A stretch of 64,000 nt of DNA from Pseudogymnoascus verrucosus (Eukaryota): the NCBI GenBank assembly GCA_001662655.1, contig KV460218.1; one strand, written 5' to 3'. The notes beneath the pieces were generated by a model that was not told the DNA's origin, made no database searches, and saw only the letters and a list, made by a program, of their open reading frames with translations. The position numbers and the translations under genes are program-made. Shown in pieces: positions 21,650 through 36,472 of the stretch. The stretch's first letter is position 1, and each line of letters opens with the position of its first letter.

Positions 21650-22840
21650 ATTGGCCAAGGCGGGATATGATTATGGGAAAGAGAGGAGAAGGAAATATAC
21701 CCTCTATGTGAGTTAAAATGGCGAATTTGCTATGGCACGCACGCGCAAGGAGTTGGGGAGCACATTGTACATAGACATACTATTTCTGGCACGGCTCAGT
21801 GTCTTGGCCCATCACGAGGCTTGTTTTTTTTTGGGGGGGGGGGAAGGGAGAGGGTGAAGCCTTGGTTGGGGGATACCAGGGGGAAATGAAAGAGAATTCT
21901 TCACTTCTGATTAGTACTCCCTACTGCTGATTTTCTTGAAACCGCGCGGATGGTGATAAAATGTGATATCGCGCCCCTAACGAACGCAAGCTACCCGCGG
22001 AGTATCTAGAAACGACTTTCATTAAGCAGGAGGTGTCCTTGGCCGTTGAAGTTGGTTTTCAAGGAAGCTGCATTATAGACCGGCCGGTGTAGAAATTTGG
22101 AACTGCGGAAGCCTGAAGGCGAGGTGTGCCGAATTGGTATTGAAATAGTAAGGAAGTAAGCAAATAACTAGAAGCTTAAAGAACACTACTACCCCCTGAT
22201 ACAGAAGAGACGTAACTAACGGACCTACAAAGATACGCTAGGTCTACCCATATGTGTCAGTCCCCCCATCATGACAATTACATGCAGGACCTCTGCAGCC
22301 GTCCTTGAAGAATAGTTGCCAATTACTACCCATAGGTGAATTGATACCGTCATCGAGGAACGCTAGATATTCTTCATGCTGTGCTGCCTTACGAGCCGAT
22401 TTCTCCTGCTCTTCCTTTTCTTTCCACCACGCGTCGAGAGATGCTTCCATTTCCCGCCTTTCCTCCTCTTTCCTCGCGAGAGATGCTGCGGCTTCCTCCC
22501 GCCTCTCTCTTTCTCTCATCTCCTCAGCCCTTCTTTGTGCCGCTACGGCGTCGGATCGCCGGGAGGGTTCGGGTTGGTACACGCTGCGGTGAGGTGAGGG
22601 GTTATTAGGGCTGTTGATGTATGTGTGATAATTATTAACGATGTTGGCTGTGGTTTATCTCGTCAGCGGCGTGTGCGGTAACTGTTTGTCCGTAATATGG
22701 GGAAGCCGGCTGTGAGTAACTCATGCTCTCAACCATATCCCAAGCCGCACAGTTCCCAAAGTTCGACCTATCCCAGAAAATCACCCACAGCAGCTATCGA
22801 AAACCTCAGTCTCCACGACTGATGTCACTAGGCCCGGCGC

Positions 22841-24323
22841 TCAAGCCGATCCAAATCCATACTCCAAAATTTTCTCCCCTCTGCTAACCCACAGTCCCAC
22901 TCCCTTATCCCTCTCCACAAACCTCACCTGCCTAACATAATCCCCCTCCGGCTGCCCACCAGCCACATATCCAATCTCAGCCCCACTCTGCACATCAAAG
23001 ACCCTCACCCCTCCTCCCCCCTCCACCTGCGCCGCAGCAACAAGCCCAGTACCGCGATCAACGGCCAGATCAACATCATGCCTCGTCTCATTCCTATGTC
23101 CCCACATCCTCACCACCGGCCTCGTCGCCTCTTTCCTCCATTTCTCCTTCAAGAAACGGAGGTCATACACGCACATTTTATCCTGCAATCCCCCCACAAC
23201 CACCGAATTCTCCCCCACCTGTGCCACCCTCGCAACGCTCGAAGCATGTCTGATACCACTCCTGCCACCGCCCTCCACACGAAGATCAACGAGAGGGACC
23301 TTCCCAGACCGCTTTCCAGTAAGGAGAACATGCGGCGATTCCGCGAGGAATGTGAGCGCGAGGATAGAGGATTCGCCGCTGCTGGGGGGTGAAGGCGCCT
23401 CGTTCATCGACGCGTCGAGTAGGAAGATGGGGCGGTCGTCACAGGCTACGGCAAACATGTATGGTGAGCCGAGAGGCGCGGCGCACGCGCAACGGACTGT
23501 TGTGTCTTCACCTGCTTTGCTGGATTTTAGGTGGTGGGCGCTGATGACTGAGAAGGCGTTAGCAGGGATTTTTACCATCAAGCAGCTACGGTCGAGGTTG
23601 GAGGAGGGTACTTCTGCGGCCCAAGAGTCCGGAGGAGGATTGAGCGCTTTTGCTTTTATCATATTTGCTGCAACACTAGCTGTGGTGCACAGTCCTCCTC
23701 CCGACTTTTAGGCCCCGCGAGCAGGGGAAGGGGTTATACGCACTGTCGAGGGTTGGGAGGACACGAGTCAGACACACATTATGCCTCTGCGGTGGATCAG
23801 CCCACGTTGTAAGGACAATCGTCTTACAAGCCGAGAAGGTGATTGAGTTGACGGCCGCATCGCTAGCTAACATCAGACCATTCCAGCTAAGAGGTGCATG
23901 TGCATGCTCTCCCAGCCTAAGCAAATAGTCAAACTCCACCGCATCATTTTGCGCTGCCTTGCAATCAGGGAAACCCTTCACAGAAAGTAGCAGGTGAAAC
24001 TCACAGTAAACCAAATGTCCGGATCGTTCATTAAAGTCGAACACCCTCCATCTCGGCGTCCCACCCAGACTTCCAACGGGATTACTCTCCTCCCAGCTCC
24101 CCACAAACTCCTTCAGCGCGTCCAATCTCCCATTTCCCCTCCCAATCTCTCTGTCCAATTTTCCCACTGCCGCAGAACGCGTCACACGTTCTTTGTTAGC
24201 CTTCTCAACTCTCGCAGCTTCTGTGGCGACAACCTCATCGGCCTTGCGTTTCCGTACCGCGGTTTTGGAGTACAGTGCCGCGGGGTCGGCGACGATCTTG
24301 AAGTACTTGTTCTTCTCGGCATC
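22841..24323 (-). CDS. WD40-repeat protein, DCAF4-like (first exon not located)
   Basis: N-terminal DAEKNKYFKI motif; C-terminal LLTGKRSGKVPLVDLR and MCVYDLRF (DxR-type WD40 ends). Confidence 0.65.
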
Positions 24324-25460
24324 TGGGTAGGTTAGCAGGAGTAGATTTGCGGTTTATAGAACTTGTACCGCCCAAAAGTCGGGACAGGGACTATCCACAG
24401 CAGCTGGTATATACAGAAGCTATGATTAAAATATCGACGCCCAATCACCCAAGTCCATAATCGACAAGCCAGATACTTGGACATGGAACAAAGGAAATAA
24501 ATTCCAAGTAACTAACCTATTTACAATGGACATGAGTAACTGAGCGCCTGTGTTTCAATTATAGTTGCTATAAACACTGCTGTTATACATAGTCCCTCTT
24601 CACAACTTTGACGGGCAGAAGAACTCCCATTGACCGATCGCTGTCTTGCGCCTGTCAGGGCTTAAGATGCAGACTCACCAAAGTAATACCCAGGAATCTC
24701 CCTTCCCGCCATCTTCTTTACATAGTCGTTGTCACTCGAATCTCTGCGTGCAGTCCCTGTGCTGTCCTGGCGCGCGAATGATATATGGTAGTGGTATGGT
24801 GAGTGAAAGTGTGACGTTTGTACGTGGACCCTGTGCGCCAACTATTTTAAGCATATTTATTTGATCCTTATCGTTATCGGCCACCAAGGTGTCCAGACCC
24901 TCAAGCCATTTCCAAGTTAATCGACAGCAATCACTGATACTTTGACTGACGCTGGTATTCATGTAGAGAGGGGCCAGTGCATTAAGTTTTACTATTGCTA
25001 GATTCTATCATTCAGGATAGTGGCGTGATAATTTCCGGAACGTGTCAAACTACGGTGGTTATGGAAAATACAAGACTTCACGTGGTACAGATAAGTCTGG
25101 CACAAGTTTCTGAGAAATGATATTTATTACTACACTTCTGATTCCGAACGAATCTTCCCTTCTGAACTAGCCATCGAATCCCTGGCAGTTGGCTCGATGC
25201 CATTAAGCCTCTCACTGGCACTGTAGTTCGCTTCCATAGTATAAAAATCGACGCAAGGCCGAAGCGAAGCAAAGCAGAAACCGCTGTAAATAGTACATTA
25301 ACGTGTGCGCAACTAAGCAGCACATCCGCAACCCCCCCCCAATAAACACGCCATAAAACGCCGAGCCGTGCAGTCAATATCCGAGCCATGTTCTCTCCGA
25401 TGGTATACCCTGCGCCGTGCAAATGCCTATGATGAATATCCCGTCGACCTGACTAACCGC

Positions 25461-27990
25461 TCAACCTCTGCCTGGTGGCGGCGGCTGCTGTGGCTGGCTG
25501 CCCGGGAAGACGAATCCAGGAGGGAACATCGGAATCCCGTTGACCAGCTGCGGCATCCCCTGCGGCATCCCATACGGATAGCTTGGGATTCCCGACATGT
25601 TGGGGAGGTTGAACGGCGCTGATCCACCGTGGCCGCGATCCTTGCGATCGTCGTCACGACGGCGGTCACGGCGGTGCTCGTCCTCGTCGAAGTCGCGACC
25701 GGACTTGGGTCCCGATTGTCCGCCCTTGTCGGTCTGCATGCGGCGACTGATAGCCTTGGACGAGACGCCCTGGCCAATCTCGATATCGGGCTCCTCGACA
25801 ACCATCCCGCTCTCGATGGGCTTCCCACCGCTGCCACCGTACTCGGCGCTGAGCATCCACTTCCTGTCCGCGTCGGTGAGCTTGCTGATCGGGATGATGC
25901 TGACGCCCGTCTGGTAATCGCTGCAGTCACGTGGTCCGAAGCCGACGCCCCATCTGGTCTTGGGAGGTGTTAGTAATGGTAAACTTGTGTCTGGGGATGT
26001 GAATTTACCGAACGTACCCTCAGGGATGAGTCGGGGTTCCTGCTGCCTTCCATGGCTTCCTTGGCGGTGATGGCGTCTTGCCGGCTGACCATCTTCACAA
26101 ACGCGTGGCGCTTGTCTTTGTTGACGATACAGGTTTGCACGCGACCGAATTGGTCGAAAATGCGCCTCAGTTCCTGGTCAGAGCATCTGGGATGTGTTAG
26201 AGCCTTGCGGGATATAATTGGGACAATGGGAATCCTTACGTTACGCCACCAACAAATAGGGTGCGGCTGAGAACTGAAGACGGTTAGTTTGTGAACTCTC
26301 ATGCATACACCAGAAAAAAAACATACCTTTGATGCTTCCTTTGGGAATTGAATGGTCAAACTCGACCCATTTGGTGCCGCCAGACCGGCCGTCATAGAAG
26401 CCTCGTGGTGGGGATGGGCTACGACCCCGCCGGGCTGGGCTGCGTTGCCGGTACTCGTTGTGCCGATCTCGGCCATACGCTGGGGAATTTCTACCATAAT
26501 CACCAACGTTATCATCACGACGACGCGAGTTTGGAGAGTCACGAGGAGCATTCCATCCGCGCGCAGGAGACTGTGAACGAGAGCGTCTGCGGTAACGTCC
26601 TTGTGGAGATCTGACAGCCTCGTTGGGACCACCACGATCACGTGATTCAATGGGATTCCAGGTATTTGTAGGTGCTGCGCCATACGGTGCTGGAGGTGCA
26701 CCACCAACATTTACGCCGCTTCCAACTGGGGCTGCAGCTTGAGTCTGAGTAAGAGCAGCAATTATTCCTCCCCATTGATCCTGCGGGACTCCCGCATCGG
26801 ACAATGTCTTTATGAGCATAATCTGGCGCTGCAAGTCTGGGTTAAGAGCAGCCGCAGCTGCAGGTGCAGGGGCGCCCGCTCCAAGTGGCAAGTTTGGGTT
26901 ACTTGGGTAGTTCGGGACTCCGTTGTTCTGCCCCTGGGGTAACGATCCATAACTAGCCGCTGCAGGTGCTGGCACATTTACAGATTGCGTACTAGGTGGA
27001 AACGGATACGTAGGATTCAGAGCTGCACCATTACTCTGTGCCTGTGGCATACTGTAGGCATTATCTTGAACGGGAGCAGGAGCTGGAATGGCCCGGGGTG
27101 CTGCAGCTGCAGTAGTATTCTGTCGGGCCATGTTGGCCAGGGCTTCCAAAATGGACGAGGTATTTGGCGCGTTTGTCGCTGGTGGCGGGGCTCCAGGAAA
27201 GGACCTCCCTACATCTGCTGGTGGTGATCCTTCGGGGGTTGTGGACTCTACAAGAATTCCAGGTGTGGTTAGAAATTGCAAAAGAAACGTGGAAGATATC
27301 ATAAACCCATCGGCCAACTTACTGTTCAGTTTCTCCTTAAATGAGTTGAGCATGTCTGCGGGGAATGTCTCTCCCTTTACCCAGATTTCAACGAGCTTCT
27401 TGATCTTGTCCTACAATGAGAATGAAAAGGTAAGTGGGTGTACTCATAATATGTTTCAACAGTTTGCTCTTGTGCATCTTCAAATACGCCTCGTGTCTGG
27501 TCCCGAGATCCAAAGAACACGGCAATACAGTACAGTTCTGATATCAAGTTTATATGCGTACCTTTTGATCATCGGGTGCCGATGCAATTATGTCGTTCAT
27601 CAATACTGGTAATAGTTCCGTTACTCTATGGACTCCTGCAGCATATGTGCCATCTTGGGCAGAAACAGTTATGGGTTGGCCGTTGGCTTTGGCCTGTTCA
27701 ATCCATTTTCGAGTTACAGAATCTAGAACGTATAGAACGCCGAGCTTGTGGGTTGAAGGGGCTTTCCTCATGTGAGTGTACAGTTTCTGGACGAGGACAG
27801 ACTCTGACTGTGAGAAGGGGTTAGCATCCACTGCAAATGAGGGTTGAGAGTTGTGGCGGTGATGTCGTACCTGGACATTTGCCAAACAGAGGGCTGTGAG
27901 GGTGGCTATGCGCGATCCAGATACTCCAGGAGGTTTCAAAGACAACATAGCCTGCAGAGCAGCTTCAAGTTCTGCTACTGCTGATGACAT
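25461..27990 (-). CDS. NRD1: Seb1/Nrd1-family Pol II CTD-interacting RNA-binding protein (CID + RRM), multi-exon
   Basis: CID SLKPPGVSGSRI...HKLGVLYVLDSVTRKW; RRM FGRVQTCIVNKDKRHAFVKM; IVEEPDIEIG-like SGMVVEEPDIEIGQGVSSKAISRRM. Confidence 0.9.
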
Positions 27991-29287
27991 GGCGGATAAA
28001 GTGTTGATGGGTGTGATGAGAGAAAGAGTATAGAGTGTTTTTAAGCCCTGAAAAGGGTGTTGTGACAAAAGACCAAGATGGTTCTTCGCAGGACTACGAT
28101 CTATGTCGATCTATGTCGTGTATTCACTTTGTGTTTTTGTTTTTATCCCGATCAGATGTTACGGTGAATTTGAGAGCAGAGTACTATGGCGACTACAGCC
28201 TCCGGCCGATGATGAAAGAAGGTGGCTGGAGGTGAATCACTCAGTATCCTCCAACTGCCTGGATCTCCCCTGATAGACTGCAATGTACGAAAAGAGCTGG
28301 TTAGTTTGCGAATACACCTATCGCGATGGCGGCGACAATAATTTGATTGATTTTTATCGACGAAGGGGAAGTTGTCGATGGAGATTTGTTGGGGGGAGAA
28401 AGTGAAGAGATGGAGTTTAGTGAGGTTGAATGAGGAGAAAGAAGAAGATCGACGTTTGCCGCCCGAAACTGCGGCTATGCCCAAAGCGGATGGATTACGC
28501 TCGCTTACGCCGATAAGCTCAGCCGTAGCTGATAAGCCCCTAATTGAGTATCACGTGAAACATTCGTCATGGATGGGGAAAAGAGATTTTGTTGTTTTTG
28601 TTGTTGGGCGCCACAGGGTGGATTCGGGAATTTATGGAATGGGCGGCACGGGTGGTTCGGGGACTTATGGAATTTATGGAATTTATTTATGGAATTTCAG
28701 GAGAAGTCTACCCACGGATTAAGGGAGCACGAGCAAAATTAGGGAGAGACCAAAGGTTGCTGTGGAGCACGAATAGATTAGATGTATGGTGAGTGGTGAG
28801 GTCTTTTGATTTTTCCGAGATACAGCGCAGTGTGCCGTCTATCCCTCGGTGGTTTTTGGAGTAATCTGTGAACGTGAGAATGGAGTAATTGGAGTAAATT
28901 TGGAGTATTTTGGAGTTTATCCATACAAAAATCATAAATGCACCAACCGAGCTCCACGGCATAACGAATACCGGAAATGGGAAATGGGAAATGCCTTGGT
29001 ACTTCCTATCTTCATACATGTGCACGCTATTAGTGGAGTACTTTTGCATTTCCACCTCCCAAAGTACACCTGTCTTGTGAAAATCCAGGGATTACGTCAG
29101 GAGATGTGGCATAATTCCAGCCAATCATATTTCACTCCGGCCCACGCTACGGTCGGACCGAAGGACGGTCGCCGGTCGCGCCGTCGTTGCATCCCTGACA
29201 GACGAGATCATCACTTTTCGTTAACTTTCTTCCCGACCCTCCGTCTCCAACAACCCTTTCTCTCCATCACCACATACACAATTCAAA

Positions 29288-30816
29288 ATGGCATCAGCAG
29301 TTCGTTTTGGCTCTTCCGCCTTCAGGTCGTCTCTGGCCGCCCCAGCATTCAATGCTCGCATCGCAGCCTTCAATGGCGCGCGTTGCTACTCCGCCAAGGC
29401 CCAGGTAAAACAATTTCCCAACAATAATATGAGAAGCATCCGCTGATAGCAATCGTGATAGACTCTGAAGGAGCGCTTCGCCGAGCAGCTCCCTGAGAAG
29501 ATCGAGGAGATCAAGAAGCTCCGCAAGTCAGTATTCCCATTGTCCTGTCGCTCATAACAAGCCATTGACCCGTTTTCAGGGACCACGGCCACAAGGTCAT
29601 CGGCGAGGTTACTCTCGACCAGGTGTATGGTGGCGCCCGTGGCATCAAGTCCCTCGTCTGGGAGGGATCCGTTCTCGACTCCGAGGAGGGTATCCGCTTC
29701 AGAGGATTGACCATCCCAGAGTGCCAGGAGGCCCTTCCCAAGGCCCCAGGCGGCAAGGAGCCCCTTCCCGAGGGTCTCTTCTGGCTGCTCCTGACCGGTG
29801 AGGTCCCAAGCGAGCAGCAGGTCCGCGACCTGTCTGCCGAGTGGGCTGCCCGCTCCGACGTCCCCAAGTTCGTTGAGGAGCTCATCGACCGCTGCCCAAC
29901 CTCCCTCCACCCAATGGCTCAGCTCTCCATTGCCGTCAACGCTCTCGAGCACGAGTCTTCCTTCGCCAAGGCATACGCCAAGGGTATCAACAAGAAGGAG
30001 TACTGGGGACACACATACGAGGACTCCATGGACCTGATTGCGAAGCTCCCAACCATCGCTGCCAGGATCTACCAGAACGTCTACAAGGATGGAAAGGTTG
30101 TCCCAGTCCAGAAGGATAAGGATTACTCCTTCAACTTCGCCAACCAGCTCGGCTTCGGCGACAACAAGGCCTTCGTTGAGTTGATGAGACTCTACCTCAC
30201 CATCCACACCGATCACGAGGGTGGCAACGTCAGCGCTCACGCCACTCACCTGGTCGGCTCTGCTCTCTCCTCCCCCTTCCTCTCCCTCGCCGCCGGCCTC
30301 AACGGTCTCGCCGGCCCACTCCACGGTCTCGCCAACCAGGAGGTCCTCAACTGGCTCACCAAGATGAAGGCTTCCGTCGGCAACGATCTGTCCGACAAGG
30401 CCATCACCGACTACCTCTGGACCACCCTCAACGCCGGCCAGGTCGTCCCCGGTTACGGCCACGCCGTTCTCCGCAAGACCGACCCCCGCTACATGGCCCA
30501 GCGCGAGTTCGCCCAGAAGCACCTCCCAGACGACCCCATGTTCAAGCTCGTCAGCCAGGTCTACAAGATCGCCCCCGGTGTCCTCACCGAGCACGGCAAG
30601 ACCAAGAACCCCTTCCCCAACGTCGATGCCCACTCCGGTGTCCTCCTCCAGCACTACGGCCTCACCGAGTCCAGCTACTACACCGTCCTCTTCGGTGTTT
30701 CCCGCGCCATTGGTGTCCTCCCTCAACTCATCATCGACCGCGCGGTCGGCGCCCCCATCGAGCGCCCCAAGTCCTTCAGCACGGAGAAGTGGGCCCAGAT
30801 CGTGGCCAAGCTTTAA
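29288..30816 (+). CDS. CIT1: Mitochondrial citrate synthase; 3 exons
   Basis: Mitochondrial presequence; [49 protein letters not shown]. Confidence 0.97.
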
Positions 30817-32255
30817 ATTTGATTTTTGCCTAAGCGGTTTGTGTAGCAAAAATGGAAATGGAGTGTATATCTAGGAATGGGGGGGATTGGCTTTGGCTGT
30901 ATTTTATAGAATAATAGATAAGGATTAGACTATGAGTGCCTGTAGCCTTTATTGAATTTACAAGAGTGTCTGTCTTGCCTTTCATGTCTATGCTTGAGGG
31001 GAAGTGTGGATCTTGTGTTGCCCGTTTTCTTGCTTTCAAATGCAGTGTAGCTGGAAGCAAAAGCTGGACATAGTTTGTGTGCGCCCTGCCTCGGTTCTCC
31101 TACAGCCACTGCCATTGCCAGCCAGCTACAAAACAGCCGTTTATTGGGATAAGCTGATTTATGAGCACCGTGGTTTCAAGTAGACTGCAGTGTAGCCGAA
31201 ATACGGCTACCGACGTCTGGTAACCAAGTTGGCTAAATGTTTGCTTCGAGGTCTTACGCAGTAACTAAGCTGCCTAATGTTTGCATTGGAGTCTTACAAT
31301 AGTTGCACTGCTGTTGAAGACAAGGCTTATTTATGTGTTGCAAGACTCCAGAGGAGTCATTAGCCAACAGTTACCATCCGCGGACAGCATCATGTCTTGC
31401 AACGTAACATAAGCAAGAGGGGCAGCTGATATAAAAAACCAAACAAATGCATATAATCCACAAGTTTTAGGAAGACATATGTGAACTGCCTGTAAATAAA
31501 TAATATAAAAGGAAACGATATATTGGAGCGAAATCGGGGTATGCCGGGGCGGACGCGGCTACACCTCAAAGCCATTGATTCAGTCCCGATCTTATCCTGA
31601 CAACGAAACTTTGAATGGGGCTGCTGTGGGGGCTGTGAGACGAAGGATTGAACCATGAAATCCTTCCGTTTCATACTCTGCCGTGAAATTCACGATTCAC
31701 CCAGACAAAAACCGCCTAATACCTCTCACCGAAGTTTTCCGCATCAGCCTATGCATGGAGACGTATAGCTATGGTCGGACAAGCCAGGGGCTGCACCTGC
31801 TAGCCCCTGTCATTTCTCACAAGACATATCATATCACAACATATTCTAGAAATCGGGGAGGAGATCGACACTAAATCCCGATCTTGCTGGCACTACTGCG
31901 CCTCCTGCACGTAAGCTTACTCCCTAGTATTGATGGATCTAGACGCGATCTACGATGTGACAGGCGAGGCATCATATGCCTCAATGGGGCTCAATTGGGG
32001 TCCAAGGAGGACAATGGTGCCTGATGACTATTTCCAAATTGCAACTCTTGGTAGGTCGGTGTAACGTGGAACAGAACAGCCGTCGATCTCGGGGATATGA
32101 GGGGAATATGCGTATGATGAGGGTATATAAAGGGCAAGCAAGTCTGCTCTTTTGATTCTCATCATCCAAACACATCTCATACATTCAACAATCCAAAAAC
32201 ACGCCTTCAATACCACAAAACACCACAACCCACCACAAAGCCCCTCACAGCAACC

Positions 32256-32591
32256 ATGAAGCTCTCAGCCCTCCTCTCCGCTGCTTTAATCGCAGCGGCC
32301 CCGGCTCTCGCCTGTCTCGAGACCACCGGAGCCATCGACCTAGCCGGCAACGTCCAAAGAATCACCGCTATTGATAACGGCGTCCTGGTCTGTGACAGCG
32401 ACTGGGGCCACCGGATTGACAAGGACGGACACATCTCGTTGACGTGTAAGGCTGGTTATGTGTATGCCGTCACTAAGGATGGGAGAATGGGGTGGTTCAA
32501 GAACCCGACGAATGCTTTCTCGTTTAAGCAGGCTGTGGGAGGTAGCCACCAGACGTTTTATTGGAGTGAGAAGAGATATGGGTGCAAGTAG
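32256..32591 (+). CDS. Small secreted cysteine-containing protein (111 aa)
   Basis: Signal peptide MKLSALLSAALIAAAPALA; 4 Cys; TATAAA at about 32126 and a CA-rich leader upstream. Confidence 0.75.
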   Translation: MKLSALLSAALIAAAPALACLETTGAIDLAGNVQRITAIDNGVLVCDSDWGHRIDKDGHISLTCKAGYVYAVTKDGRMGWFKNPTNAFSFKQAVGGSHQTFYWSEKRYGCK

Positions 32592-33331
32592 TGGTGAGGC
32601 GGAGTTGGGAGGAATGGTTATATGGCTGTCGGTCTGGATTTATGGCAAGTATTTGGCCCGTGTGGGTTATCTGCTTGTTGTGTTGGCTATGAAGGGCAGA
32701 AGAGGAGAGCCCGATGGGATGGATTTATGATCGAAATAGCATTAAACTTATAAAACGGAATATCACCGAATTGATTCGTGAAACACTGTGCTTTAAAATA
32801 TATGAGAACATGGCTGACATAGATTGGCTTATTTATCCCATCAGGACGTATATTCTGTTGCTAAATCCGAAGAATTTCTCAATCATACCAGGCCACTCGC
32901 ATATGCCAAGCATACCGCAAACAGTTTTTGGAGTGATCGACAGGGCTTCCAAAGTTGCGATTGCGGGGGGATTTTTAAGACTACATAGTGTTTACCTTTG
33001 GCATATTGAAGAGTGAAGCAGTTGGCTAAATTAATCGGAATCTGTTTCTTATCACCTTGTGGCTGTGCACCCCTGCCGGTTATACTTCCTATTTAGTTAG
33101 ACGTTAAGTAACAGACGCATCAGCCGGTATACTAAGCCCCAATCACCTCACCACAGACTTCCCGCCTTGTAAGACGGCTTAACTACCAGATAAGAGCCTA
33201 CTATTGCAAACTTTTAAAATTGTCGGAAAATTATCTCTACAGTTAAAAAAACAGCACAGGTTTCAGCGTTGTGACCAAGAAATCACAGAGGACGAGAGGA
33301 AACCAGAAACCCCGCAGTGTAGAAAACCAAA

Positions 33332-35646
33332 ATGTCTCAACAACCTCCACCATCAGGATCGATGAAGATTTCAGCCACTGTTCCATTTGAGCAGTTGCGC
33401 GAGCTTCTAGCCTCGCCAGCAATAACCTCATCCGTTGGGAAAGCCCAAGACCTCATCAACATACAGCCACCTGACAAGGTGTGCACCGTGTGCGTGAACC
33501 TCGACCCGTTCCTAGCCTTCAAAAAAAGCAGTGCGGACCAGCACAAACTCTGGGCCGACAAAGAGTATAAAATTTCCAGCGGAAACCCATTCGGGAAAAT
33601 AACCATCGAAAAGTCGAAATACTTGCTTGATGCTGCGAAAGGTGGCTGCATTTATTGCACGATGGTTCAATCAGCACTCGGTGCTGTATCCCCGGGGTGG
33701 GAGACCGAAGGGTCATACATTCATATCTTCCTTGCGCTTGGCCTGCCCGTGGTCGTGCGGCTAGAGTTTGGCACGATTTCAAGCCTTCCTATCGAGAGGG
33801 AAGCTGCAGATGGTTTGTTCCAGATCGAGTTACCACAGGGCTTTGATTTGGATTTTGTTATCACTGTTGGCTCTGGTTCGGACGCTTCGAAAGCTTCGAA
33901 ACCTGCCATAGATGTTGAAATTTATCGGCCTCGACTCGCACCCGATCAGTCAATTGTTGGCGGTACGTCGTTCAATTATAGTAGGACCAAAGTTAGACAA
34001 GAGATTGCTAATGGAAATGGCTAGATGCTGTCTTGGCGGGACTTGTCCCCTTCGTGGGCTTTGCAGAAGAGATACCCCGACATGTTGGTGATAAAAGATG
34101 CCTTACCTTCATACAAAGTCAATTGTCCCACTGTCTCAACAATCAAAGTTGCTGGGCCCGCAAAGGCTTGCCTTTACTTCCAGATCGCGTCGTCTGGATC
34201 GAAGCCAACAATCCAAGTCGTATTCAGCTTATAGAACCCAAAGGCGTCCGTGCCATATATCTTGCACTCAGTTATTGCTGGGGGCCTGTGAGCTCTGACA
34301 CTTATCTGACAGATGCATCCACTTATGAGACTAGGAAAGCTGGTATACAGTTAGATGACCTACCGCCTCTTTTCCAAGACATCATTGCGTGTGCTCGTGC
34401 GCTTGGAATTCAATACATCTGGATTGATCGGTTGTGCATCATTCAAGGAAGCGATGCTGATTTCAAAACGCAGGCCCCAAAAATGGGAGAGATTTACGGA
34501 AATGCCACTGTGACCATAGCAGCCGCTTCTGCTAGTTCCGAACAGGACCGCATCATGGTGGAACGAGACAAGAAATGGGCTACTTCCAGCGTCAGCTTGA
34601 CTGTTAATGGAATTGGGGCCTTGAAGCTTCAATGTCGGAGGCGATCGCATCCTTTAGAAAAGGAGGACACAGGCGGTGACTATGGCAAGGTGTCCACTCG
34701 GGCATGGATCTGGCAGGAACGCCTCCTCGCTGAAAGAACGATATTCTTTACTCCTTCTGCCCTAAAATTCGAATGCCGGTGTCATTCCGTCTGGGAAGGT
34801 TTTGACCAGGGGATCTCAGGCCACTCATGGTCAGCGCAATTAGAAACTATATCACACAGCTCATGGACATTGTTAGTGGAGGAATTCACGAAAAGAGACA
34901 TCACTCGTCCTTCGGATCGGCTACCAGCCATGGAGTCTGTCATGAAGCGCATTGAAACGAAGACAAACTGGACGCCTCTTTGGGGTCTGTGGAAAAATAC
35001 ACTCATAAAGGGTCTAGCTTGGGAACCGCAGCCGTCTGGACACTGGGGAAGGCATGACTGCCGCATGAACCCTGGCCATTACGCTCCAACCTGGAGCTGG
35101 GCAAGCGTCGATGGCCCAATTTCCTACATCCATGCTAGACCTTTGGACATCATCTCCCAAATCGACCCCATTAGCTATGACCTAGAATATAGAAAGGTCA
35201 ATGCTGCTTCGGGTTCAATCACAGTGGCTGGCTACCTCGTTCCCGTCGAGCTCGGTGTTACTGTTAAGCGTGAAGAGCATGTTGAAGGAAACTCGGTCGA
35301 ACAGGAAGAATATACCTACGATTATAAGGTAAAAATCTCAAATAGCGAAGGTCTAAAAGATTCTACACTCAAGCCCGATGTCGCCTTGAAGCCGTGGAGC
35401 GGTGAGATCGGTGGGCAGCTGGTCTCGACTGTTGTACGAGTTCCATATGGAGAATCTCCTCCAAAAGCATCTTGGACTGGTACCTGCCACTGCTTATTAA
35501 TTGGTAAGACAAAGAGGCGATGCCTTGTCCTCTACCTGGGCCGCTCGTTACGGGAGCCAGGTGCCTGGGAACGGATTGGAATGGTGGATGGGATGTCACC
35601 AACAGTATTCTCGATGTCCCAAAGGGAAATCATTAATATTGCTTAA
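33332..35646 (+). CDS. HET-domain (TOL-like) protein; 2 exons
   Basis: YLALSYCWG, LGIQYIWIDRLCIIQ, MGEIYGNATVTIAA, TRAWIWQERLL, APTWSWAS; intron 33963-34024 joins the two ORFs in frame. Confidence 0.9.
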
Positions 35647-36472
35647 TGTTTTGTCAGGATAGCAATGTATGTTCCCTTCCCAAGACTATCCACTACCTCG
35701 CGGCATGGTGCACTCCAAAGGTCTGAGGAAACAATAACTAGGTTATTATCAACACTAAGAGTTGAATGATTGACAGAGGAGTTCTTTTCGAGACCGCTTG
35801 GATGAACATCAGGTTGGATTTGTGATGCATCATCCTTCGTGGTAGTTGAAGGACAACCTCTACGCAAAAGACGACGCTAGCCCTCAAAAGGATAATTTCA
35901 ATTTCAAGGCAGGTGCTTGGTTTAATGAAGTGTAGCTAGAGGAGACTTGCATGCCCCTATATACACACATATATAGATAGAATATAAATACGGACTACAG
36001 AAACCAAGGCGGGCTGATCTACACTAGTACCCCTAGTAGGGTAGCTCCCGAAGGAAATACCCCACTATGGATCAAAACCTTAATTGGTTCCCTTATGCCC
36101 CACAATTTTGACCGCACTAACATCAGGTCCAACATTCGCGACCCCTTCCTTCCTTCTGTTTGTCTTCTCTTCAAAGAATATGTAGGAGGAAGCTGGCAGT
36201 CTATCGTTGGTACTTTGATGCTTTCTCTACTTGCTACATTTCTAGAGGTCTGAAACTTTTGAGTGTCCTACGCGAAGGGGGTCTAACACAGCTTGTAGAT
36301 TAAGCTAGCTGTCTCTACATTTACTTGAATAAAGTGCCTACCATAGCTACCGCTTGCAATATTCAGATAAGAAGTGGCTGTCGAGGCGTCCGTTGTACAT
36401 CACTCCCATTCTCAACCCCACCCACATCTGAGATCAGGAAGTGCACTTTCAGAGCAAACAAACTCAACCACA

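Noticed and set aside
22244..22582. 112-aa charged ORF
   Set aside because: Non-ATG start, low complexity and no recognisable domain; cannot be supported.
28620..28920. GGAATTTAT and TTTGGAGTA short repeats between NRD1 and CIT1
   Set aside because: Irregular simple-sequence slippage with no structure beyond that.
29386..30849. 487-aa antisense ORF over citrate synthase (also 54308-55645 over tubulin and 42911-44149 over acyl-CoA synthetase)
   Set aside because: Shadow ORFs caused by strong codon bias of highly expressed genes.
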